From assembly GCA_963422375.2 (NCBI GenBank), contig OY729428.2:1568001-1632000 (forward strand): a stretch of DNA of 64,000 nt, in the 5' to 3' direction. The notes beneath the pieces are model-generated. The model was not told the origin of the DNA and ran no database searches. It was given only the letters and a program-made list of their open reading frames with translations. This DNA is from Bryobacterales bacterium (GTDB lineage Bacteria; Acidobacteriota; Terriglobia; Bryobacterales; UBA6623). This document shows, piece after piece, positions 10,072-18,620 of the stretch (position 1 is the first letter of the stretch; every line of letters begins with the position of its first letter). The position numbers and the translations under genes were made by a program.

Positions 10072-10088
10072 TTCGGATAAGGGCTTGA
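9120..10088 (+). CDS. IS1595 transposase (type A), full-length frame with probably damaging substitutions
   Basis: Continuous 322-aa ORF with Zn ribbon and DDE motifs. One base is missing relative to copy 1 just before the right IR, so the TAA in the IR is out of frame and the ORF ends in flanking DNA. Confidence 0.88.
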   Translation: MKSNRVQFQQGLSLGKFLQRYGSEGPCEHAVFKARWPDGFRCPECGSRRHCRIRSRKLWQCHACHRRTSLVAGTILAATKLPLTVRFLALHLLTQGKHGVSSLELARQPGVSRNTAWKMKHKLLQVMKERDERLPLGGIVQVDDAYWGGERTGGKRGRGAAGKTPFVAAVQVTAAGQPARMRLSSVAGLRKKTLAAWAGRHLQPGTEVHSDGLACFRGVADAGCEHVPAVTGGGQRSCGDSRFVRVSTMLANVKQSLAGTCHALDGKHLPRYLAEFRYRFNRRYDPEALVPRLLHASVRTPPRPYRLLTLAESWGNQVRIRA

Positions 10089-12435
10089 ATCGTGCCGTGA
10101 ATCGGTGCGTATGGTGTATGGACGACAAGGCCTATGTTATAAGATCCAGGCCTGAGCGGAGGGGTCGACCGTTCAGTGATTGAGATCGACTCACTTGCAC
10201 CGCGTGTGGTCGCCTCATGATCGGCGTAGAATATAGGAGTGTTACGGTCTTCGGCATAGTCCCACGAAACTGGAATGTCTCGTCGTAGATAAAGATCGAC
10301 CTCTGCCGAGGAGTTGTTTTCGGAACGGAATGTAACCGTCAGCTCGTTCGCACCAGGTGGTACATGGACACGATAGCTTCCCTCTTGAAAGAATGTCTCA
10401 AACGTGAAGTTCGTACTTGGGAGGAGCACGCGCTCGCGTATGCCTGGACGCAGCTCCATTGCACGCGAGAACACCGCCTCAACATGCGTCGGGCCCTCAA
10501 TTGCAACCTGCTTTCTTGATAGGATTCCACTCAAATCACCTTCCAATCGTACGAAGCTCCATCCCGAGTTGGGTCGTGTCTTTATGGAGACGACGTCGCC
10601 TGCAGCATAGAACCCGTCTCCCGACGGCGGGTCATACTTCGCCGGAATCGACCGGTCTGACGCTCGTGATGACCTTGTGCTCTGTCAATGCTGTGAGTGT
10701 GATCTCGCCACCCGAAGCTGGCACGTGAATTCTGTGCGAAATCTCACCTCCATCGCTCCAGCTCTGAAAGCGATGACGCGTTCCGTGAGTGTGTCCCGTC
10801 TGTAGTTCCGGAACACTCAATTCAAGCCCGTTTCGGTAGTGCTGAGGCTCCAAGGCAATCGGCGTGTAGTTCCACCAATCGTTAATATTAACGCGAGTAG
10901 GATCTATGTTCGATCTGATCAAGAACTGCGGACCACGGCTGAATACAGCTCTGTATTCTGCGGAATGATGCAGGATAAATGATGCTGGATTTGCTGACAG
11001 ACCTTGGCGCGAAAAACCCCAAGATCCACCACTCCATGATCGAAATGTGTAGTACTGGGGTTGGTTGGGTCTACCCGAAATCTGAACCGGCGTTCGCAAT
11101 GTGTAGAAACCGTCCGGCGACTCTGGGGCTACTCTTACAGTACCGACATCTTGGGGCTGTGAAGACGCTTCGATTCTATGCTGGACAATGAAGTTCGCCT
11201 CAATCCAAGTGTTACTTCCATCGAACGATATGACTTTCCTAGAGGAAGAGCCGCCGAAGTTCCATCGGCCGAAAAGAGAGCGACTACTGCCGTTCGTCTG
11301 TACTACAGGAGCTTCCAGTACATGCTCGCTACCAACTGACCAGCGGAATTTCTGTGGCGTGGTTACGCGGCGACCATCGACAACAATATCCAACCCAGGG
11401 GGATTTGTCGACAAGGTAGTTACTAGTGGAACTCTTCCATAGAGGCGAGCAACACCGTCGACATCACCGGCAGACAGGTATCCTTCACCGGCAGACAGGG
11501 ATACGCTTCCGACAAGCATCCCCGGAGGGATGGTCTCCAAGACTGGCTTGCCATTGCGGGAGAACAAGTAGGGACTGTAATGCATGGTTGAGGAAAAATC
11601 GTATGGTCCTGTTGCAGGGTGGACTGTAGGGAGAACCGAAAGTCTGCCTGCAGGGTCAAGGTTGTTCTCCAAGACCATAACATACGCTTCGCGGTCTTCG
11701 CGCTCATGCTCGTGCCAAAGACCTACAGCGTGGCCGATCTCATGCACTGCAGGATCGACTCCGCACCTTGCCATGAGGTTGATGACTTGCTCACCCCCGA
11801 TCCTTCCGACGTGCGAGTTACACGTTGAGTTGTGGTGTCGGAATCGAACATAATCGTCTTCGACTGTCCGTTCGATTAGCGTGATTGCTGTTCTTGTGTT
11901 CCACTCTGAAATTGCGTCTAGGATTCTTTGCGTATCGGGTACGTCTGAGTCAATAATATACGGGACAACGCCGTTTGGCCACAAGGCATCAGAGTCCGTG
12001 ACTGAAACGTTCCGAGGCGGGATCCAGTTACGTTGCTTGGGCGGAACGGCTCTGATTCCTGCCCTCTGGACTTCTTCGGCCGTCCCAAGGATCATATCGC
12101 CGTGGACCGCCATCCCGTCGACAACGCGATAGGGCAGAGTCCGTCCACGGAAGACAGTGACGCCGTATTCTTTCTCTCCGGGGTTCTGTGAGGCAATGCT
12201 GCCGTGATCGAGTTGTGATTCGAACGGTGATGCAATTCTCTGCTGACCGAATCCACTGTCAATACACAATGCAGCCGCTAGGGCGGGCACGACGCCCACG
12301 TAAAGCCAACTTCGAAACCGGCGAATGACTGGCCCGTAACTTAGCTTGCAGTGCAAGCCAATCTCTATTATATATCATCGCAACTCGTAGCCTCGATGCG
12401 CGATTCCTGTCGCCGCAGGCTCCACACTTGAGTCG

Positions 12436-13725
12436 CTAAAGCAAGCGGAAGCTCACTTGAATCTGTGCCGCGACACGGACTGGCTTGCCATCCTTCTTTC
12501 CGGGCGAGAACTTCCATTGCTTGACTGCTTCGACCGCCTTCTCGTCCAAGCCAAGTCCCAGGCTGCGCAGCACGCGGATGTTGTGCGCTACTCCGTCCTC
12601 CCACACTTCCACGGCAAGCATAACCGTCCCTTGGTACTTCGCCTTGCGCGCCTCTTCAGAGTATTCCGGCTCTACCTTGTAGAGCAGGCGCGGACTGGTC
12701 ACGCCGCCGCCGATGCGGAACACGCCGCCGCCGATGCCACCGCCGGAGCCGGGTCCGACGCCCGAACCCCTCCCGGACCCGACACCCGTGCCGCGTCCGG
12801 ACCCGATGCCGCCGCCCGTTCCCGGACCGGCCGACGGCGGTCCGTCCGCCCCGAACGGATCGCCGAATACCGAGAGATCCACATCCGGCAAGCTGATCTC
12901 CGGGGGCACGCGAACCGTGGGCTCGACGGCGAGCTTCGGGTTCTCGTTCCGGATGACTGGCGTGGGAGGGGCCAGCTGCGGCTCCAAGGAGAATCGCGGC
13001 AGCTTGCCGCGGCTCGCCGGAAGCGGGGAGTTGGCCCCGCCCCCGCCTCCGCCCCCGCTGTCCCGCGGATCCGGCCGTGCGGGCGCGCGCAGCTGGGCAA
13101 GGTAGGGCGATACGTCCACGGGGATGATCAGCGTGACCGTGCCCCGGTTCAACTCGCCGAGGTCGCGGTCCGGGAGTCCGAACATCAGCAGGACGAAGAG
13201 CAAGTGAGCCGCCAAGGTAACCGCCATGCCTTGCCTACGGTGGCTCAAGTCCCCCCAGATCTCCTTGACCCGGACCGGCTTCGAGCTCAGCTTGAGCGGC
13301 GGGGCTTTCCGGAACTCCCGATCGAGCCTGTAGCTTTCGTGGATGCCGGACCACCACGGCATCGCCAAGGTCCCGAGCCCGAGCGGAGGCAGGCTCGGCT
13401 CGCCGGGCAGAGGCGGCCGGTACGAAGGCAGGGGAGGAAGCCCCTTGGCCTCGCTTAGCGTGCGGAGCGTTTCGGTTATGCCAAGCCACCAAGGCCTGCT
13501 CAGCGAATAGACGTTGGGATCCCTGAAGTCCGTTTCGCCTGGCTCGGCCGGGCGATACGTCGGAAGCGGGCCGAACTTCGGCGGCTGAAGGATCTCTCTG
13601 GCCGAGTCGAGGCAAAGCGACCACCACGGCTCGTGGATGGAGTCGATCACAAGCGGGCCCAGACCCCGGTGTTGCGCTAGTCTCTTTTCGACGGCTGCCG
13701 GCTGGTTGGAGTCGGACATGTCCAC
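12436..13725 (-). CDS. tonB: Energy transducer TonB
   Basis: Single TM with His (AVTLAAHLLFVLLM), Pro/Gly-rich linker, C-terminal KVEPEYSEEARKAKYQGTV...GLGLDEKAVEAVKQWKFSPG. Confidence 0.93.
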   Translation of the reverse strand: MDMSDSNQPAAVEKRLAQHRGLGPLVIDSIHEPWWSLCLDSAREILQPPKFGPLPTYRPAEPGETDFRDPNVYSLSRPWWLGITETLRTLSEAKGLPPLPSYRPPLPGEPSLPPLGLGTLAMPWWSGIHESYRLDREFRKAPPLKLSSKPVRVKEIWGDLSHRRQGMAVTLAAHLLFVLLMFGLPDRDLGELNRGTVTLIIPVDVSPYLAQLRAPARPDPRDSGGGGGGGANSPLPASRGKLPRFSLEPQLAPPTPVIRNENPKLAVEPTVRVPPEISLPDVDLSVFGDPFGADGPPSAGPGTGGGIGSGRGTGVGSGRGSGVGPGSGGGIGGGVFRIGGGVTSPRLLYKVEPEYSEEARKAKYQGTVMLAVEVWEDGVAHNIRVLRSLGLGLDEKAVEAVKQWKFSPGKKDGKPVRVAAQIQVSFRLL

Positions 13726-13897
13726 CTGCCAAGATTTGACGCACTAGGGACCTGCGCCGTTACAGCGAATCGCCAGCTCTTGGCTTGCGCCGAGGCCGGG
13801 CTGCCCGCGGTAGCCCGCCGACATCCCCGTCAACGCTCATTGTATTCGGGTTGCGGAGGGCAGGGCAACTCCGCCCGCGAATCGCGACAAGATCCCG

Positions 13898-14302
13898 TCA
13901 GTCCCTGACGTAGGCGATGCAGTCGATCTCGACCTTCAGCCCGGCTGCCGGGAGGACGGCTTGGACTGTGGTCCGGGCGGGCTTGGCTTGTCCGAAGTAC
14001 TCCGCATAGACGCTGTTCATGGCTCCGAAGTCCCTGATGTCTGCTAGGAATACGGAGCACTTGACGACATCATCGAGGCCCGCGCCGGACGCCTCCAGGA
14101 TGGCTTGCAAGTTCTGGATCGTCCGGTGGGTCTCCTCGGCCACCGTCCCCTCGATCGGCTTGCTGGTCTCCGGGTCGAGCGCCGCTTGGCCCGACACGAA
14201 GACGAAACCGCCCGCCTTGACCGCATGGGAATAGGGTCCCTGCGGATTGGGAGCGGCCGTAGCCGTGATGCGTTCGACCGCCCCTCGATTGGCTTCGCTC
14301 AC
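13898..14302 (-). CDS. ridA: RidA (YjgF/YER057c/UK114) family imine deaminase
   Basis: GPYSHAVKAGGFVFVSGQ, MNSVYAEYF, PARTTVQ and KVEIDCIA; GTG start behind GGAGG. Confidence 0.93.
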   Translation of the reverse strand: MSEANRGAVERITATAAPNPQGPYSHAVKAGGFVFVSGQAALDPETSKPIEGTVAEETHRTIQNLQAILEASGAGLDDVVKCSVFLADIRDFGAMNSVYAEYFGQAKPARTTVQAVLPAAGLKVEIDCIAYVRD

Positions 14303-14343
14303 TGTGAATCCTCCTGTCCCTCGGATAGCATCCCCGCGATGCC

Positions 14344-15441
14344 CTATTGCAGCTTGCCGCGGCCCGCGACCGGCCAGCTCTCCTCGACCCGCCTGCCGCG
14401 GCAGCCGTGAACCGTCTCGTGCATGTTGACCGTGACGCACGCGTGGTTCGGAATGATCCGCAGACGCTGCCCGACGCGGAGACTCGGGCCGTCATGCTCG
14501 CTGAGGTCGAGCACCCCGTGCTCCTCGCTCATCCGGGCGAATCGGATTCCTGTCATGCCGACAACTCTCCCGTGGCCGCCGTTCTTCGCGAGCCGCACCG
14601 GATCCGATGTGAAGGTCTTCGACCCTCCGTCGATGACCGCGGCGCCCACTCTCGCGGTGGACACGACGGTCACCAGGACGGCCAGTGCGCAGTCGTCCCA
14701 GTCGCAGGCACCCATCGCCACCTGAGTCCGGTCGTTGAAGACGTACGTGCCGGGCCGGATTTCGGTCAGCCCCGGCAGGCGGTGCGAGTGGTACAGCGTG
14801 GGGGTCGAGCCCCCGCTGACGACATCGGCGGGGAGCCCGTCGCGCCGGAAGTCGGAGAGGATTCCCTCGAGGTCGGACGCGACCCGTGCAAGCGCGTCCC
14901 TCCCGCCGTCGCCGGCAGGATTGACGTGCCCGGGATAGAACATCAGGCCCTCGAGCCGCAGGGAAGCGAGGGTCGTGATGGCCCTCGCGAGTTCGAGCAG
15001 CCTCTCGCCGGGGGGGAGTCCGCAGCGACGCATGCCTAGGTCCGCCTCGACTAGGATCCCGACCGTGACGCCGGCCTTGGCAGCGTGCCGGTGGATGCCT
15101 TCCGCCGCGCCGGCATTGTCGAGTGCCACCGTGACGCGCACGTCCTTCGCGAGGCAGGCGAGCCGCGCCCACTTGAGGTCGCCCCACAGCGGATAGGCCA
15201 GCAGCAGGTCCGGCGTGCTGGAGCGGGCCATGACCTCGGCCTCGCTCACCTTGGCGACGGTCAGCCCGCAGGCTCCTCGCGCGAGTTGCATGTCCCCAAT
15301 CCGAGGTGACTTGTGCGTCTTGGTGTGCGGGCGCAGGTGCAAGCCGTGCCGGTCGGCATAGGTGGCGGCCCGGTCGAGATTCGATTCCATCCGGTCGAGA
15401 TCGACCAGCAGCGCCGGAGTGTCCAGATCCCTGATCGTCAT
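14344..15441 (-). CDS. Fold-type III PLP enzyme, D-threonine aldolase / D-serine dehydratase (DSD1) family
   Basis: LDTPALLVD, LRPHTKTHK, SGGSTPT, EIRPGTYVFND, SEEHG and IPNHAC. Confidence 0.9.
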   Translation of the reverse strand: MTIRDLDTPALLVDLDRMESNLDRAATYADRHGLHLRPHTKTHKSPRIGDMQLARGACGLTVAKVSEAEVMARSSTPDLLLAYPLWGDLKWARLACLAKDVRVTVALDNAGAAEGIHRHAAKAGVTVGILVEADLGMRRCGLPPGERLLELARAITTLASLRLEGLMFYPGHVNPAGDGGRDALARVASDLEGILSDFRRDGLPADVVSGGSTPTLYHSHRLPGLTEIRPGTYVFNDRTQVAMGACDWDDCALAVLVTVVSTARVGAAVIDGGSKTFTSDPVRLAKNGGHGRVVGMTGIRFARMSEEHGVLDLSEHDGPSLRVGQRLRIIPNHACVTVNMHETVHGCRGRRVEESWPVAGRGKLQ

Positions 15442-15511
15442 GCGCCCGGCTATCGATCCGGCAGTCCTGTCTTCGGCAAACTGGTGGAGGCGGGTTCGGT
15501 CGCAGTCTATC

Positions 15512-16309
15512 ATGGGGTCGCAGCGGCCGAGTCCTCGCCTCGCTAGTCAGCTGGCCGTGGTGGCGCTGGCTGCCGGGCTCGGCGGCCAGCGGGCGCCTGC
15601 GGCCGGTGACGGCTTCGCAGCTTGGACGGCCTCCGGCTTCTCGGACGGGGAGCACCGTTGGCTGGATGCCGCCGAACTCTACCCGGCAGGAGCGAGGGAC
15701 CTGCCCTACGGCCTTGACGCCACCGTGGTGTTCGGGCGCGATACCGCTTGGACACAGGCGAGGGCGATGCGGCAGATCCGCCGGACCGCCGCGGTCTTTG
15801 CGCCCTGCGGCATACGGCTGGGCCGGGTCTTGCTGGTCCGACTGCGGCTGGGCCCGGAGGCGCGGCGCATCGACGCCGCAGCCGCCGGGCCCGAGTCAGG
15901 CGTGCCCCCGGTCGTGGCGGATCTCAGCGCGAAGCTGTCCGCGGGGACCCCTTACCCCGTGGCGTTTCTGATCGGTCGGGTCGAAGGCACCGAGTCCCTC
16001 GCGATCTCCTACCGCGCCCACGATCGGGACGGGCCCCCCGCGCCCTACTTCGATACCGCCTGGATCGGCTTCCGCGCCCACTGGCTTCCGCGCCGCGACG
16101 ATCGCTACTCGGCCTTGGCTCACGAGTTCGCGCACCTTCTCTGCCGGTGCGGACACAAGCGAGCGACGGCCAGCCATCTGCTGCACAGCGCCCGGAACTT
16201 CCTTTCGGCCGCAGTCCTTCCCGAGCACTGCGAACAGTTCGCGGCCAGTCCGCTCCTAGCGGCGCGCCCCGATCCACCGGCGGATCGGCAGGGACGTAAG
16301 GAATTCTGA
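15512..16309 (+). CDS. Hypothetical exported protein with a HExxH zinc-binding motif
   Basis: Hydrophobic N-terminal stretch, ALAHEFAHLLCRCGH; divergent from the aldolase gene. Confidence 0.65.
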   Translation: MGSQRPSPRLASQLAVVALAAGLGGQRAPAAGDGFAAWTASGFSDGEHRWLDAAELYPAGARDLPYGLDATVVFGRDTAWTQARAMRQIRRTAAVFAPCGIRLGRVLLVRLRLGPEARRIDAAAAGPESGVPPVVADLSAKLSAGTPYPVAFLIGRVEGTESLAISYRAHDRDGPPAPYFDTAWIGFRAHWLPRRDDRYSALAHEFAHLLCRCGHKRATASHLLHSARNFLSAAVLPEHCEQFAASPLLAARPDPPADRQGRKEF

Positions 16310-16470
16310 ATGCAACCCATAAAAATTATCTAATTGCGACCCGCCGCCCGCTTTTCTAGAGTGAAATTTCGGGCGGAGCCAATGTCCTCGCCTGATCGAA
16401 ACAGTTGGTTCCGCACATTTGCCGATGGGGTCGACCGGCACGGGTGTGGACTCAGGAAAAGGAGACCACT

Positions 16471-17883
16471 ATGAAGAACGTTACGTTTAGGCTGTTTGCC
16501 GTCGCGCTGTGCGCGATGCCTCTGGTTGCGGCCCCCGCCGCCGAGAGGCCAGGATCGAGCGGGACGGAATTGGAGGCCGAGCTTCGCGAGGAGCTGTCCT
16601 CCCTCCGCGCAAGGCTGCTCAAGCTGGAGGCCATGCTCGACTCGCTGCAGCAGCGGCCGAACGAGCCGGAGGCGGGAGAGGCGGAAGTCGCGACTGCGGA
16701 TGCTGGCAGCCCCGCCGGGCCCGTCGCGGGTACGGTCGTCGCACAGGTGCCCGCGCTGCCCCAAGGCGCCATTGGGCGCGACGTGGCCGCGTCGGCGGTG
16801 CCCATGGCGATCAGCGACACCGAGCCGAGCCAGGAGATGCCGGTCGGCGTCGCCAGCAGCGGCGGCCAGGCCATTTCGTTCACCGGCTTGATCGACACCT
16901 ACTTCACGCACAACTTCAACAGCCCCGAGGACGGCACGAACACCCTCTACTACACCAATCCCAATGCCCGCGGATTCGGCCTGAACCAGGCGAAGCTGGA
17001 GATCGACGCCAGCGGCGACGGGCCGATCGGGTTCCGCTCCGACATCTGGTTCGGATCGGGCGCGCGCCTCTTCCGCGACGGGCTGGAGCCAGGCCCGCTG
17101 GCTGACGTGATCTACCTGCAGCAGGCCTACGGCTACTACCAATTCGAGAGCGGGGCCCAGCTCGACGTGGGCCTGTTCGGCACGATCGCGGGTCTCGAGG
17201 TGGCCGAGTCCCATCTCAACTGGAACTACACCCGCGGCATCCTGTGGGCTTGGAACGAGCCGTTCTCGCACCTCGGTGCCCGCTTCAGCCAGCCGCTCAG
17301 CGACACCGTCACCGCGACCTTCCTGCTGGTCAACGGATTCGACAACGCTTGGGACCAGAACTCCGGCAAGTCCTACGGTGCCCAGATCTCGCTCGCTCCG
17401 AGCGACCGGTTCAACACGACGGCCACGTGGATCAACGGGCCGGAGAACTGGGGCACGAACGAGGGCTGGCTGAGGGACTTCAGCTGGAACTTCTACGGAG
17501 GAATTCACGACCGCTTCGAGGTGATGGCGAATCTCGACTACATCTCGGCCTCGGACCCCGCGGGCGTGTCGGCCACCTCGTGGGGCATGGGCGGCTATGC
17601 CCGCGTCCACCTGACGGACCAGGTGCGCCTCGCGTACCGCATGGAGTTCATGGACGACTCGGAGGCGCGCTCCACCGGCGTCCAGCAGAACCTGCGCGAG
17701 AACACGTTCACGTTCGAGGTGCAGCCGGTCAAGGACGACCCGCGCTTCTTGACGCGTCTCGAGTACCGTCGCGACTGGTCCGACGTGCCCTTCTTCTCCT
17801 GCGCCGACTGCATAGACAGCCTCTCGAAGAACCAAGACACCTTTACCGTGGGCCTGATGTGGGTCTTCGGGCCGAAGGAATAA
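16471..17883 (+). CDS. Outer-membrane beta-barrel porin (BBP2/DUF1597-like)
   Basis: AGGAG RBS, signal peptide, coiled coil, then TGLIDTYFTHNFN, LQQAYG, NWNYTRG and RLEYRRDWSD, ending in WVF. Confidence 0.85.
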   Translation: MKNVTFRLFAVALCAMPLVAAPAAERPGSSGTELEAELREELSSLRARLLKLEAMLDSLQQRPNEPEAGEAEVATADAGSPAGPVAGTVVAQVPALPQGAIGRDVAASAVPMAISDTEPSQEMPVGVASSGGQAISFTGLIDTYFTHNFNSPEDGTNTLYYTNPNARGFGLNQAKLEIDASGDGPIGFRSDIWFGSGARLFRDGLEPGPLADVIYLQQAYGYYQFESGAQLDVGLFGTIAGLEVAESHLNWNYTRGILWAWNEPFSHLGARFSQPLSDTVTATFLLVNGFDNAWDQNSGKSYGAQISLAPSDRFNTTATWINGPENWGTNEGWLRDFSWNFYGGIHDRFEVMANLDYISASDPAGVSATSWGMGGYARVHLTDQVRLAYRMEFMDDSEARSTGVQQNLRENTFTFEVQPVKDDPRFLTRLEYRRDWSDVPFFSCADCIDSLSKNQDTFTVGLMWVFGPKE

Positions 17884-18047
17884 CCCGCCGCGTCGGAGCC
17901 GGCAGTGCCCGCCGGCCAAGGCGACGGGCGCCTGAGCCTCGGGGGCGGGCCCGTGGGCGTCCGGACGGCACGCCGGATTCCCGCCCCCAGCGGCCGGTCC
18001 TCCGTTTCGCATACAATCGATAGCGGACGCCCGGGGAGGCTTCGGAT

Positions 18048-18590
18048 TTGCAGCGCCGAGACTGGATTAAGACCGCCATCACAGGCACCGGGGCGGCCGC
18101 GGCCGCTCCGCTTGTCACACGGATCGCCCCGGCCGTCGCCGCGCAGGTCACGTCAGCCGGGCCGCGAGAACTCCAGGTGCTTGACGCGCACCAGAACGCA
18201 ACCGTGATTGCGCTGACCGAGCTGGTGATTCCCGAGACGGACACGCCCGGCGCGAAGGCCGCCAAGGTCAACGAGTACATCGACCTGATGCTGCACGACG
18301 TGGCCCCGGACAAGGGCCACGGCTTCATCAAGGGCTTGGGCTGGCTGGACGGCCGTGCGATGAGCCTGCACGGCTCTCCGTTCGTCGCGCTGGATGAGAG
18401 CGACCAGGTGGCGATCCTGGAGTCCCTCGACGGTGCCGAGGATCCCGGCCTCGCCCCCGGCGCGGAATTCTTCGCCCGGCTCAAGCGGCTGACGGTCGAA
18501 GGCTACTACACATCGAGGATCGGCATCGCCGAACTCAACAAGCACGGCGTGCCTGCCACGTTCGCCTGCGAGCACGACACCCACGTCTGA
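18048..18590 (+). CDS. Gluconate 2-dehydrogenase subunit 3 family protein
   Basis: Tat-like QRRDWIK; IPETDTPGAKAAKVNEYID; FFARLKRLTVEGYYTSRIG. Confidence 0.85.
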   Translation: MQRRDWIKTAITGTGAAAAAPLVTRIAPAVAAQVTSAGPRELQVLDAHQNATVIALTELVIPETDTPGAKAAKVNEYIDLMLHDVAPDKGHGFIKGLGWLDGRAMSLHGSPFVALDESDQVAILESLDGAEDPGLAPGAEFFARLKRLTVEGYYTSRIGIAELNKHGVPATFACEHDTHV

Positions 18591-18620
18591 CTCCCGTGGG
18601 CGCGGGCAGAGGGGCCCTCC

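Larger units (their letters stand above)
5391..12356 (-). pseudogene. Astacin (M12A) metallopeptidase-TonB C-terminal fusion gene, split by three ISs and one frameshift
   Basis: Segments 12356-10635, 10633-10072, 9031-8736, 7212-6973 and 5555-5391 join in frame after IS and TSD removal (junctions IQALIR-MDSS, QGLSN-DVARR, AVEIW-EDGK). Contains HEIGHAVGLWHEH, the Met-turn YDFSSTMHY, and a C-terminal TonB domain. Confidence 0.9.

Noticed and set aside
10632..10634. TGA ending the astacin ORF as a possible selenocysteine codon, given selC nearby
   Set aside because: The continuation is in a different frame (+1), so this is a frameshift and not read-through.
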